Source: Candidatus Pacearchaeota archaeon
GTDB taxonomy: Archaea > Nanobdellota > Nanobdellia > Pacearchaeales > GW2011-AR1
Direction: 5' to 3'
Length of the DNA: 52,876 nucleotides
Assembly: GCA_050124795.1 (NCBI GenBank)
Contig: JASFEO010000006.1
Coordinates: 1 to 52,876, forward strand
Below the pieces are notes generated by a model. It searched no databases. It was not told the DNA's origin and was given only the letters and a program-made list of their open reading frames with translations. Shown here in pieces: positions 1 to 9,569 of the stretch. The first letter of the stretch is position 1. Every line of letters begins with the position of its first letter. A program made the translations under genes and the position numbers.

Positions 1-124
1 CAACTTCAAGATCATTTGCGCTTCCCCCGTCGAGACCATCATTCGCAATTCCCACAATATAATGCGCTCCCGTCGCGAACTGCAAAGTCAAAACTAAAAT
101 TAAAAAAATAAAAAAGTGTTTCAT
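1..124 (-). CDS. Partial CDS (5' end only): second copy of the N-terminus of the 614-aa secreted protein
   Basis: ATG at 124, just after the stop of 126..440. Reads MKHFFIFLILVLTLQFATGAHYIVGIANDGLDGGSANDLEV, identical to the start of 15513..17357, and runs off the window. Confidence 0.8.
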   Translation of the reverse strand, partial: MKHFFIFLILVLTLQFATGAHYIVGIANDGLDGGSANDLEV

Positions 125-127
125 TTT
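1..127. repeat. Exact 127-bp direct repeat, copy 1 (copy 2 at 17234..17360)
   Basis: Base-by-base identity from caacttcaag to gtttcatttt; the copies diverge at 128/17361. Confidence 0.95.
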
Positions 128-440
128 AATAGGGCAAAATAATTGTCGCATTTTCTCTCATAAAAATTTCATAATTCACTCCATCTTTTATTGCGAAATT
201 CTCCCCGACACCCCCAAGAAAATTAACATACCCTTTTGATTCATTATTCTCATAAAACGAAACAGCTTCAATTTCAGGATTTAATTTAACTAAATCAGCA
301 ACATAAAAATTTTGACTTGAATTTAATAAAAAAATATTTTTTCCTTTTTCCAAAAAAATCCCCGACGAAGTTAAAGGATAAACCAATGCAATCAAAAAAA
401 CAAAAACAAACAATCCAAAAATAAATTTACTTAATTTCAT
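126..440 (-). CDS. Small secreted or membrane-anchored hypothetical protein
   Basis: 104-aa ORF with an N-terminal hydrophobic signal; overlaps the stop of the upstream gene. Confidence 0.75.
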   Translation of the reverse strand: MKLSKFIFGLFVFVFLIALVYPLTSSGIFLEKGKNIFLLNSSQNFYVADLVKLNPEIEAVSFYENNESKGYVNFLGGVGENFAIKDGVNYEIFMRENATIILPY

Positions 441-2775
441 TTTTCACCTCTCCTGTTTTATTTCCTTCTTTCTCACTGTTTTTTTCTTCCTCTTTCTTGC
501 CTGAAGAATCTCCAACTGTCTGGACAGCTTTTATCTCCCCCTGCGCCTCCATTTCCTTTAATTCGACATCACGCTTTACCTGCAAAAAAACTTTTTCAAT
601 TTTCTTTTTATTTTTATCTGTCAATGCATTGTAAATTTTTTCAAGTTTCAAAAATAAATTCTTATCCCAACTTTTTTTAAGTTCAACCAATCCCGCTTCA
701 AGTCTAAGAATAAAAATTTTGTCGCGCAAAGATTCAACTTTTGAATAAATACTATTCTTCTCATTAAAAGCAAGAGAATTATAATTGCTGCAAATTAAAT
801 TATAATTTTTCTCCATTGACTCAATTGAATCTTTTCCGATTAACTCATTAACCTCTTTTAATCTTTTTGATAAATTAAAATAATTTTCAGAAAAAAGATT
901 TCGCCTTCGATAAAACAAATATCCCCCGACGCACAAAATTAAAACAATCCCTAGAGCAACCCCTGTTGATTTCTTCTTATCCATTTCAAAAAGAAAATAG
1001 CCTGTTATAGAATTTTTACTTTCTTCTTCCATTGCAGTTGAAACAAAAATAACAAAAGTTTCTTTTAATAAATCAATTCCTAAATCTCCTTCAAAAAAAT
1101 AGAAAATATCTTTTGTAGAAGAATCAAAAGACAAAACAGGATCATCCTTTATTACGTCATAATTTAAATTTCCAACTTTAATTTTTGAAGCAGTATCAAT
1201 AACTTCCTTGGGAATTATCTCAATAAAATTTCCGTCATCACTTTTATCAAACTTAGAATTCATCTCCCTTTTTACAACAGAAAAAGTTTTTCTCTGTCCA
1301 TCAGAATATAAAACTTCTGCAACATAAAAATTGCTTATAACCTCAAGACCCCTCTCTTTAATTAAGTCTCTGCTTTTCCCAAAACTTTTATCAAGCATAG
1401 CTTCATCATGCAAAGGATTTGCTTCAATAATCGCTTCCCTCAAATTATCCTCATTAAAATTAATTTCTTTATCACTTCCTTCTCTTAAAATAGCAATGTC
1501 CTCGGGTATTTTCTTTTTTATTGCTTCAATTTTTAACCTGGAAGAAGCAATTTTTTGATCCAGGGCTTGTTTAGTTAAATCCTGTTGCTTATATTTTTCA
1601 ACATCTTTTTTCAAAGAATTAAAACTGCTAATTGCATTATTAATTTCAGAATCAAGTTTCATCAAAGAAAATAATTCTTTCTCCTTATCGGTTTTATAAG
1701 AAATTGCAGATTTAATCTCTTCGACCTCCCCTGTTGCAAAATCAATTTCATTAATCAAACTATTAACCTCCCCAATTAAATTTAAAGATAAACCAGATTG
1801 ACTAACAGTTTCGCTGGTTGAAGAAGGCGCTGCATAAACTTCAATAGATAAATCTCCCTCATTACCTGCATCATCAACTGCAGAAACCTTGTAATAATAT
1901 GTTCGTCCGCTCACAACAGAAGTATCTCTAAAAAATTCCCCCTCAATATCCTCATTATATAAATCTGTATACGCAACTCCTGCAGACTCAGAACGATAAA
2001 GATTAAAATGATTAAATTCCTCGTCGAGATGCCATTTTAATTCAATCCCTCCATTATATCCTTGCGCATTTATTGCAGAAACTGTTTTTGGTTTTATTGT
2101 ATCAATTGCATAAACTGCGCCATTTGTAAGTTCCACATTTTCTTTTGTGCTCCCTTCCAGATCAACAATTCTATCTAAGCGAAAAGAAAGCAAACCTTCT
2201 CCAATTTCATCTTCGACAATCAAATAACCCGCCCAATTCTGACCTGTTCCTGCAAGAGTAAGAGGGTTATAAACAAGCCCGTCAAAAGAATATTTTAATA
2301 TTGGAACAGAAGAGACAGGCTTTGTTAAGTGAAGCGTCACATCAACTCTGCCTGCCGTTAAGGGTGAATCTGAATTAGGAATATTAACCTGTCCTGTAAT
2401 TAAAGGATTAATCAAGAAGCTTAGTTTTAATCGGGTAAGATTATTTTCATTAGAAGAATTTTCTTCAAGACATTTAACATAATAATCATAAACTTTATTG
2501 CCTTCGAGACCAATCAGAATTTTTTTGTGAACAAACCCGAGTGTAGAATCAAAAGAATTTCCCCCGGCACTAAAGCTAAAATTTGCAGTATCCCATTTGC
2601 ACTCTGCTTTAGAATTAGTATGAACCTCCAAGATAATTGACGATGAAAAAAATTCATAAGAACCAGAAGAATCATTATCAAAATTGTAGTCAAATGAAGG
2701 ATTAGCGCTAATAATCCCCCCAAAACAAGAAACTAATAAAAACAAAACCAGAATTAATAAATTAAATTTACTCAT
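427..2775 (-). CDS. Single-pass surface protein with FN3/Ig-like domains, coiled coil and cytoplasmic helical tail
   Basis: Signal peptide; FN3-type TYYYKVSAVDDAGNEG; TM GVALGIVLILCVGGYLFY followed by RRR. Confidence 0.8.
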   Translation of the reverse strand: MSKFNLLILVLFLLVSCFGGIISANPSFDYNFDNDSSGSYEFFSSSIILEVHTNSKAECKWDTANFSFSAGGNSFDSTLGFVHKKILIGLEGNKVYDYYVKCLEENSSNENNLTRLKLSFLINPLITGQVNIPNSDSPLTAGRVDVTLHLTKPVSSVPILKYSFDGLVYNPLTLAGTGQNWAGYLIVEDEIGEGLLSFRLDRIVDLEGSTKENVELTNGAVYAIDTIKPKTVSAINAQGYNGGIELKWHLDEEFNHFNLYRSESAGVAYTDLYNEDIEGEFFRDTSVVSGRTYYYKVSAVDDAGNEGDLSIEVYAAPSSTSETVSQSGLSLNLIGEVNSLINEIDFATGEVEEIKSAISYKTDKEKELFSLMKLDSEINNAISSFNSLKKDVEKYKQQDLTKQALDQKIASSRLKIEAIKKKIPEDIAILREGSDKEINFNEDNLREAIIEANPLHDEAMLDKSFGKSRDLIKERGLEVISNFYVAEVLYSDGQRKTFSVVKREMNSKFDKSDDGNFIEIIPKEVIDTASKIKVGNLNYDVIKDDPVLSFDSSTKDIFYFFEGDLGIDLLKETFVIFVSTAMEEESKNSITGYFLFEMDKKKSTGVALGIVLILCVGGYLFYRRRNLFSENYFNLSKRLKEVNELIGKDSIESMEKNYNLICSNYNSLAFNEKNSIYSKVESLRDKIFILRLEAGLVELKKSWDKNLFLKLEKIYNALTDKNKKKIEKVFLQVKRDVELKEMEAQGEIKAVQTVGDSSGKKEEEKNSEKEGNKTGEVKNEIK

Positions 2776-3998
2776 TTTATCCTCCTTAATTTATCAAGAT
2801 AAATTTTCTTTTCTCTTCGAATTCTGTAAAATAAGAACCCTATTACAAAAATAAACATAACATACACCCCCCAGATTAAAGAAAATCCATTCTTCTCAAT
2901 TGCTTCAAGAACCGAACTTAATTCAAAGGTTTTCTTTCCTTCATAATAAACTCTTCCATTCACAATATATTTTCCTTCACTTTTCGGGGTAAAATAAAAA
3001 TTAAATTCCTCAACACTATTCACAGGAACTTTTGAAAGCGGGCTTTCAAGAATATCTATTATTTTGCCGTTTTTTGTGACCTCTCCTCTAAACTGCGCAT
3101 CAATTTCTTTTTCCCCGGTATTCTTAAAATTAACAATCATCAATGAAGTCTCTCCCACTTCAACTGTCCCCTTAGTTAAAATATTCAATAGAATCCCTCT
3201 TGCGCTTAAGGTCCCTGGTTCCATTACATCAAAAGTCAAAACCTGGGAATAAAAACATTCAGTAACAAATGCATCTGACCAGTATTGTCCAATCTCAAAA
3301 TCTTTTGAATTAAATCTAAATTCCAATTCCTTTTCTGTCGACGGCAAAATTTCATTTCCCAAAAAATCCTCTTCATCAATAATACTTATCTTATCAAAAT
3401 CCCATATATCAAGTTCGACAGTTGGCTTTAAACGGATATTCCCTCCATTCGCAACTTTCATTTTAAGAATAATATCATCCCCCTTCTCTGCAGAAATAAT
3501 CTCCAAATTAGAAGCCACACATTTTGTAATTTCAATATCAGTAACTTCAATGCTAACCGCCAAATCAAGAGAAGATTTTACAGTTCCTACTGCATGTTCT
3601 TCAATTGACTCAGTAGATCCTCCGACTTCAATTCTTAAAAACCCGGTGTAACCCCCATTAGGAATATCGCTCGGAGGCAAAACAGAAACCTTTAATGAAT
3701 AAGGTTCATCCTTTGAAACAGTAAATTCTTCTTCTTCAAAGATAAACCAATCTTCAATATCCCCGCGGGGTTTTAAATTCACTGTCACAGGCAAATCCGA
3801 GTCAGCAGAAATAATAACAGTTCTCTCTGCATACCCCCCTCGCAAAACATCTTTAAAACTAATGCTTGCAGGACTTACCCCTATATTAATTGCAGAAATA
3901 AAATTAACAAATAGGAGTATCAAAATCCCTGCTAAAAAAAATCTTACTCTAACAAATTTTGTTTTCTTTTGTTTTCTTTTGTTTGCTTTTGTTTTCAT
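2772..3998 (-). CDS. Membrane-anchored Ig-fold protein, DUF916/DUF3324-like or PapD-chaperone-like
   Basis: Signal peptide, then IGVSPASISF, NGGNIRLKP and NTGEKE motifs; C-terminal TM with a basic tail. The family resemblance is by eye only. Confidence 0.6.
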   Translation of the reverse strand: MKTKANKRKQKKTKFVRVRFFLAGILILLFVNFISAINIGVSPASISFKDVLRGGYAERTVIISADSDLPVTVNLKPRGDIEDWFIFEEEEFTVSKDEPYSLKVSVLPPSDIPNGGYTGFLRIEVGGSTESIEEHAVGTVKSSLDLAVSIEVTDIEITKCVASNLEIISAEKGDDIILKMKVANGGNIRLKPTVELDIWDFDKISIIDEEDFLGNEILPSTEKELEFRFNSKDFEIGQYWSDAFVTECFYSQVLTFDVMEPGTLSARGILLNILTKGTVEVGETSLMIVNFKNTGEKEIDAQFRGEVTKNGKIIDILESPLSKVPVNSVEEFNFYFTPKSEGKYIVNGRVYYEGKKTFELSSVLEAIEKNGFSLIWGVYVMFIFVIGFLFYRIRREKKIYLDKLRRIK

Positions 3999-4060
3999 TT
4001 TCTTTTGTTCTTTCCAATTTTAAAAAAAGAAAAGGAGTAAAATAAAAAAATAAATTCTCC

Positions 4061-4777
4061 TTATTCAAGTTCTACATAAAAGTAATATGTAGTTGTGGAT
4101 ACATCTCCGTCATGACCGTCTTCTAGAACAAGCATTTCAAAATCATGATCTGCCTGGTCAAAACCATCAACACTTGCATCCTCAAGTAATGACGCAAATA
4201 TAATGTTGGCTGCATCTGTCAAAACAACTTCTTCAAAATGCTGATCAACACTTGCCCCGGTATCGTCATATAATTGAACACTTGAACACTCGTTTTCAGT
4301 AAATTCGACGCTATTTGTATAAAACGCATCATGGTTGTTTACAGCAAAAGTTTCATTCAAACCATCAACATCAGTCGCCCCGATATTATACGAAGATTCA
4401 ATCCCAAGAGAGTCTGTATCCACGTTATAACAGGCAATTGATGCCCATGCTATGCTGCTCGCATTTGAAGCATAAACTTCACCTTCTGGATCTGAAAGAG
4501 ACCAATTATACAAGACATTATCAGATGCATCAGCCAATTGAATTATACCTGTAACATTACCAAAATAACCCTGCCAGGTTTGGGTAGTTGAATAACCTGT
4601 TATTGTTAGTTCGGTTATGTTTCCTGCAAAAGCAGAATTTGCATCAGGACTATCTGCTGGTGCGGTCTCATTTGATCCTCCGACTAAACTTGCTCCGGAA
4701 GGCCCGGCAGCTAAAACCATTGCGCTAAATACGAACACAAAAACTAATGCTAAACTAATTAACAAAAATCTTTTCAT
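4061..4777 (-). CDS. Secreted acidic beta-rich protein, putative filament subunit A
   Basis: Signal peptide, many NxS/T sequons, a Cys pair and no TM anchor; GAGGTGA Shine-Dalgarno; clear paralog of 5534..6253. Confidence 0.7.
   Translation of the reverse strand: MKRFLLISLALVFVFVFSAMVLAAGPSGASLVGGSNETAPADSPDANSAFAGNITELTITGYSTTQTWQGYFGNVTGIIQLADASDNVLYNWSLSDPEGEVYASNASSIAWASIACYNVDTDSLGIESSYNIGATDVDGLNETFAVNNHDAFYTNSVEFTENECSSVQLYDDTGASVDQHFEEVVLTDAANIIFASLLEDASVDGFDQADHDFEMLVLEDGHDGDVSTTTYYFYVELE
4119..4175. repeat. 57-bp exact repeat shared with 5592..5648; a 31-bp patch at 4546..4576 equals 6022..6052
   Basis: Direct comparison of the two paralogous genes. Confidence 0.85.
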
Positions 4778-5385
4778 TATTCTTCACCTCCTTTCAATTC
4801 TGTTAAAACATCTTGCTTCCCGTAAAGAGAAAAAAGATTTTCCAAAGGAATTTTATTAAGTGAATTCAAAGTAACAAAAGAATAATCTATTTTTTTCTCA
4901 AATGTTTTAACAAACAAACCAATTTTTGTCTTCAGCTGTTTAGAGTCTGATAAAATTAATAGCCTCGGTGCAGAAGAATTATCAATAAAAATTCCGTTTA
5001 CCTCTTTTATATTTTCCTGCAGTTTCCAAAAAAGTTTCTCAAAGAAAAAATGAAGGCTTTCATCTTCTAGAAGCCAAATATTCAAAATGCTTTTATGATA
5101 GTCAGAAAGAGCAATTAATTTCTTTTTTGAAAATCCCCGCGCAAGAGCAGTCAGGTAAATAACTTCCTTTGAGATGCTAAACAAAGTTCGCGGTTTTCCT
5201 TTTAATGCCGCCCCTGTTTTTTCTCGCAGCACAATCCCTGCCGCATCAAGAAGTTTTAATTGCTGACTCATATAAGAAACAGTTGTTCCTAACTTTTCTG
5301 CAAGTTCAATCGGGGACATAGGTTTCCTTGCTATTAATTCCAAAATTTCCCAACGCGGAGAACTAAGAAAATCATCAAACCTCAT
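4777..5385 (-). CDS. ArsR-type winged-HTH regulator with an extra C-terminal domain
   Basis: SSPRWEILELIARKPMSPIELAEKLGTTVSYMSQQLKLLDAAGIV followed by the GKPR wing. Confidence 0.8.
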   Translation of the reverse strand: MRFDDFLSSPRWEILELIARKPMSPIELAEKLGTTVSYMSQQLKLLDAAGIVLREKTGAALKGKPRTLFSISKEVIYLTALARGFSKKKLIALSDYHKSILNIWLLEDESLHFFFEKLFWKLQENIKEVNGIFIDNSSAPRLLILSDSKQLKTKIGLFVKTFEKKIDYSFVTLNSLNKIPLENLFSLYGKQDVLTELKGGEE

Positions 5386-5401
5386 TTTTCACCTCTCTTC
5401 A

Positions 5402-5431
5402 TGCACAATATTGTGCACAACTCTATTTAAA
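5402..5431 (-). promoter_or_regulatory. TATA box with a 16-bp palindromic operator (TGCACAATATTGTGCA)
   Basis: Perfect palindrome at 5402..5417, between TTTAAATA (minus strand, 5424..5431) and the start of the ArsR-like gene. Confidence 0.7.
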
Positions 5432-5533
5432 TGTTTTGTTTACTTAATTAAATATATCTAAATAGTTAACAAAAATATAATACTAAAGAAACTACTTAAT
5501 TAATTACTAAATTAGATAAAGAAAAAAATGATT

Positions 5534-6253
5534 TTATTGCAGCTCAACATAAAAGTAATATGTAGTAGTCGCTGTGTCTGTTCCATGACCATCTTCTAGA
5601 ACAAGCATTTCAAAATCATGATCTGCCTGGTCAAAACCATCAACACTTCCCCCCTCCAATAGCGACGTGAAAACAACATTACTTCCATCCCATAAAAGAA
5701 CTTCTTCAAAATGATTATCAACCCCCTGCCCGGTTGAATCATATACTTTTGTGCTCATGCATTGTCCTTCAGAAAACTCAATTCCATTTGTATAAAATAA
5801 ATCATGATTATTCCCAAGACTAAAAGTTTCATTAACTCCGTCAACATCATCCGGCGCAATATTATACGAAGACTCCAGTGCCGCGCCATTAATTGAAAAA
5901 TTAAAACAATCAATAGAAGACCAATCAATTGTCCCCCCGGTTGAAGCGTAAATCTCTCCTTCTGGTTCAGCTAAAGACCAATTATAAAACACATTATCAG
6001 ATGAATCAGCCAATTGGATTGTACCTGTAACATTACCAAAATAACCCTGCCATGCCTGAGTAGTTGAATATCCAAAAACATTAAGTTCAGTTACATTTCC
6101 TGCCTGAGCAGCAATACTTGAGGGGGCGTCTGCAGGAGCAGTTTCAGATTTTACCTGCGCAACATTTGCAGCGCCCGACGGAGAAACTCCCAAAACAAAA
6201 CAGGAATAAATTAAAAAAATTATAATTACAAAAAACAAATTAATCACTTTCAT
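5534..6253 (-). CDS. Secreted acidic beta-rich protein, putative filament subunit B
   Basis: Signal peptide; AGNVTELNV..STTQAWQGYFGNVTG...YYFYVELQ; paralog of 4061..4777. Confidence 0.7.
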   Translation of the reverse strand: MKVINLFFVIIIFLIYSCFVLGVSPSGAANVAQVKSETAPADAPSSIAAQAGNVTELNVFGYSTTQAWQGYFGNVTGTIQLADSSDNVFYNWSLAEPEGEIYASTGGTIDWSSIDCFNFSINGAALESSYNIAPDDVDGVNETFSLGNNHDLFYTNGIEFSEGQCMSTKVYDSTGQGVDNHFEEVLLWDGSNVVFTSLLEGGSVDGFDQADHDFEMLVLEDGHGTDTATTTYYFYVELQ

Positions 6254-6405
6254 TTTTTATCCTCCTTTTCCAAAAGACTCAAAACAGCCAGATGAATAAA
6301 ATGTTTGTCAGACGGATATTTAATTTTATTTATTTTTTTCTTCTCGCGAAATTTCTTTATCTCATTTAACAAATGCTCATCAATTCTAACTTTTTTATCT
6401 GCCAT
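6250..6405 (-). CDS. Ribbon-helix-helix-like small DNA-binding protein
   Basis: MADKKVRIDEHLLNEI...YPSDKHFIHLAVLSLL fits a strand-helix-helix pattern; ATGA overlap with the next gene. Start moved to ATG 6405 because the TATA box lies near 6444-6451. Confidence 0.6.
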   Translation of the reverse strand: MADKKVRIDEHLLNEIKKFREKKKINKIKYPSDKHFIHLAVLSLLEKEDKK

Positions 6406-6422
6406 TTTTATGGATACAATAT

Positions 6423-6451
6423 GTACCCATAAAGTACCCATTACTTTTAAA
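6423..6451 (-). promoter_or_regulatory. GTACCCAT direct repeat (x2) next to a TATA box; putative RHH operator
   Basis: Copies at 6423..6430 and 6434..6441 (11-bp period). Confidence 0.5.
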
Positions 6452-6494
6452 TGTTTTCATTTCAAAATAACTCTAAAATTTACAGAACAAATTT

Positions 6495-8246
6495 TTACAA
6501 AACACAAACTTCAACTTCTTCACTATCAACTTTAAACTTCTTCACATTCTTTGGATGACTAATTCCAATTTTTTTGCAGACATTTTTTGAAATAAAAATT
6601 TCTCCGTCGGAAAATTGGAGAAGTTTTCTATTAAAAGATGCAAAATCCTTTACTTCATCCATCCCCCTAAAAGGCATTGAATTAATAACAAATGAAACCT
6701 TCGCTCCTTTCTCATTTGCAAATCTTTTTGCACTTCTTGCAAAATTAAACATTTTCTTTTCAGGATTTTTTTCAGGAGCAGAATAAAAAAGAACATAACC
6801 CAATCCTTCGCCAACAGGCTTAAATGAAAAACCATAAGCTTCAAACAAATCATCCATTTCAACAAACCTGCTAAATTCCAAAAACACCATGCATGCATTA
6901 ACCCTCTTAGAATTAATTTTTGCAGAAACAACCTTTTCACTTTTTTTCTTAACCTTACCCGGAAAACTCTCCCTATTTTTATTCTTTTTTCCAAAACCAT
7001 ATTTCAAACCATAAGCTAACTTTTTTCTAAATAAAAATCCCAAAACAAAAATACCTAAAATCAAAAATCCGATTACATAACTTCTCGGACTAAGTTCATC
7101 TGTAAAAAAAATGCTGTGCCCGGTTATTGAAAACTCCTCGCCTTCAAAACTTAAAGTATAATTCCCTTGAAAACCCAATTCATTTAACCCATAAACAATT
7201 TCATGTTTTTCAAGAGGAATAGAAATATTCAAAGAAACATCTTCGCTAAAATTATTATTCTTAAGATTAAAAACAACATTTCCAACATAATCAATATTCC
7301 CTGTATTTACAATATGAATTTTGTCATCTTCAACAATAACTGAAACCTCTCTATTTGCACCAACATCAAGACCTAAGGGGGAAAAAATATTACCAAAATA
7401 GGCATTAATACTCCACCCCCCCAAAGTTGCATTATTTTTAAAAAGATAATCTGATTCCCTCCCAGACAAAATAGTTTCCTGAGATACTATCTCTTTATTT
7501 AATGGACTAAAAATTTTTATTAAAACACTTTCATTTGAAATTAAATTCCCAGACTGATCAAGTAAACTAACATTAAAATGAAAATCTTTCGGAGGAGCAA
7601 AGGAACTATTCCCGTCAAAACCAATTGAAATGCTTGTTGGCTTTGGTTGAATATGAATCTTCTTTATTTCTTTTCCTGAATTCAAAAAAGAGTCCTCTGC
7701 ACTAACAACTAAATCATAATCTCCTGGAAAAATATTTTCAAAATTAAATTCATCTGAAAAATTCCCATTAAAGGCATTGGTTGTGAAATTTTTACTGCCA
7801 ATCACAATATTTATTTCCCCCTCAAAAAAATCTCCATTTTCTTTTCCTGCTGAACCTGAAATTGAAATTTTGTCTTCGGCAAAAGAATAAGAATAGTCAA
7901 TTAAAATCTTATTGCTAATCTTAAATTCATTTGTTGATTTTTCATAACCCTTGAACTTTGCAAAAAGTCTGCAATCCCCATTAATAGGCGCAGGAAAACT
8001 AATCCCAAAATATTCTTCTTCAGAAGAAATCAAAACATATTCCTTCTTCACAATAAACTCATTACTCCCGCACATTAAATAGGACTCAACATAATCTGCA
8101 ACTCCAGAATCATCTATTGAAAAATTCGCAAAAATAGAATCTCCTAAACTGTACAACCCCTCTGGCTCATCATAAAAAATAATCTGACCGCTTGCAAAAC
8201 TAATAAAAAACAATGCAAGACAAAATAAAATTAACACTCTTTTCAT
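6495..8246 (-). CDS. Single-pass protein with an Ig-like ectodomain and a degenerate class III nucleotide-cyclase-like cytoplasmic domain
   Basis: Signal peptide; TM VIGFLILGIFVLGFLF; tail ACMVFLEFSRF...DGEIFISKNVCKKI. Confidence 0.55.
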   Translation of the reverse strand: MKRVLILFCLALFFISFASGQIIFYDEPEGLYSLGDSIFANFSIDDSGVADYVESYLMCGSNEFIVKKEYVLISSEEEYFGISFPAPINGDCRLFAKFKGYEKSTNEFKISNKILIDYSYSFAEDKISISGSAGKENGDFFEGEINIVIGSKNFTTNAFNGNFSDEFNFENIFPGDYDLVVSAEDSFLNSGKEIKKIHIQPKPTSISIGFDGNSSFAPPKDFHFNVSLLDQSGNLISNESVLIKIFSPLNKEIVSQETILSGRESDYLFKNNATLGGWSINAYFGNIFSPLGLDVGANREVSVIVEDDKIHIVNTGNIDYVGNVVFNLKNNNFSEDVSLNISIPLEKHEIVYGLNELGFQGNYTLSFEGEEFSITGHSIFFTDELSPRSYVIGFLILGIFVLGFLFRKKLAYGLKYGFGKKNKNRESFPGKVKKKSEKVVSAKINSKRVNACMVFLEFSRFVEMDDLFEAYGFSFKPVGEGLGYVLFYSAPEKNPEKKMFNFARSAKRFANEKGAKVSFVINSMPFRGMDEVKDFASFNRKLLQFSDGEIFISKNVCKKIGISHPKNVKKFKVDSEEVEVCVL

Positions 8247-8315
8247 AAATGAAAATGAATTAAGAAATTTAAAAACTTTTATATGATGATGTTATAAAAT
8301 TTTCTTTAGAAAAAT

Positions 8316-9176
8316 TTATCTCAAACTCTCCAGAATTCCCCTCAATTTATCAATATCCCTTGTCATTGAAGATTTTTTCTCAAGTGCCTTTAAAACTTCA
8401 ATATACTTCTTAACTCTCAGAACCAATGCCCCAAGTTCATCTTTTGTAGCCAATGTCGCGGATTTTTCTTTTAACATTCCAACATCCTTTAAGTTTTGTT
8501 CCCCTGTAACTTTCATTTCCTTTAACTCTGAATCAAACACATCAAGTCTCTGAAACTTACGCCGCATTTCAGCATAGAGCGTCTCAACCTTATCTGCATT
8601 AATATTAATCTTCGATTCAACTTTCTTAATTTCAATCAATTCCTTTTTTGTCTCTTCACTTAATTTAACAATTTCCTCAACACCTCTAAAAAATTCAATT
8701 TTCCGCTTAGCTTCTTTTAATTCCTCCATAACTCTGTCCATAATTGCTTCATTGCCTTCAAGATTAGCATTCAATGCTTCTATCTTTGCTTCTTGTTTTT
8801 GAATCTCAATCATTGTTTTTTCAGGCTGAACAGTACTCACCAAATCATACGCCTTCAGGGCCTTTAATTCAATTTCCTGCATTGTTTTATCCCGATCCAT
8901 TATCATCTGCCGCAATTCCCCTATATTTTCACTCATCTGATTAAACCTCTCGCCAAAAGATTTCCTCACTTCACCAAATGCTTCAACACCTGCTTTTATT
9001 TTCTCAATCTCTGCTTTTAGTGCTTCAGTAGATGCAGCCTGAGAAGCGGCTTGCGGAGTTGCTGCAGGAGAATTTACAGGAGCGGAAGTGGTTGATGGCA
9101 CAGGACTATTTGTCTCTCCTTCTATACCTGCAGAATTCTCTTCGCCTTCTTTTTTCTTTTTCAAAAAATCAAACAT
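8316..9176 (-). CDS. Cytoplasmic long coiled-coil protein with N-terminal MFDFLKKK
   Basis: Heptad-rich 286-aa ORF with a P/S/A-rich linker. Confidence 0.75.
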   Translation of the reverse strand: MFDFLKKKKEGEENSAGIEGETNSPVPSTTSAPVNSPAATPQAASQAASTEALKAEIEKIKAGVEAFGEVRKSFGERFNQMSENIGELRQMIMDRDKTMQEIELKALKAYDLVSTVQPEKTMIEIQKQEAKIEALNANLEGNEAIMDRVMEELKEAKRKIEFFRGVEEIVKLSEETKKELIEIKKVESKININADKVETLYAEMRRKFQRLDVFDSELKEMKVTGEQNLKDVGMLKEKSATLATKDELGALVLRVKKYIEVLKALEKKSSMTRDIDKLRGILESLR

Positions 9177-9504
9177 TCTTTATGTCCTTTTCAATCTCTT
9201 TAATTAATTTTATAATTTTCTTAGCCCGCTCTCTTTTAGGCGCTATAAAAAAATAATAGATTTTATACTTTAATAAATTAATCTTAACCCTCATAAAAAA
9301 AACTTCTTTCTCCATTCTGTATAATCTTTTAATTTTCTGCCGGAAATCCATGACCTTTAATTCAAGTTCCCGCTTTATTGCATGCTCATACAAATTTCTC
9401 TTTTCATGAAAATCGCAAATTCCCTTAATTTTCAGAAATTTCTTTTTATCAAGAATTTTTCTCGCTAAAAAAGACAAAATCTTCAACTCTTTCTTAACTT
9501 CCAT
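9169..9504 (-). CDS. Small basic helical protein, related to 20125..20544
   Basis: 111-aa ORF directly downstream of the ATPase gene; resembles the ATPase C-terminal helical segment. Confidence 0.65.
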   Translation of the reverse strand: MEVKKELKILSFLARKILDKKKFLKIKGICDFHEKRNLYEHAIKRELELKVMDFRQKIKRLYRMEKEVFFMRVKINLLKYKIYYFFIAPKRERAKKIIKLIKEIEKDIKNV

Positions 9505-9569
9505 AAGTAAAATAAGTTTTTAGAATTTATAAAACATTGTAAAATTTTTTTAACAACTTAAATACATCA

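Noticed and set aside
4061-6253. Type IV pilin or archaellin assignment
   Set aside because: The signal peptides look like class I, with no K/R-G cleavage site followed by a retained hydrophobic helix; no PilB/ArlI or TadC genes are present.
8316-9176. ArlC (FlaC)-like similarity (AYDLVSTVQP versus YEvVs..iNP)
   Set aside because: Too short, and it sits in a generic coiled coil; no archaellum genes in the window.
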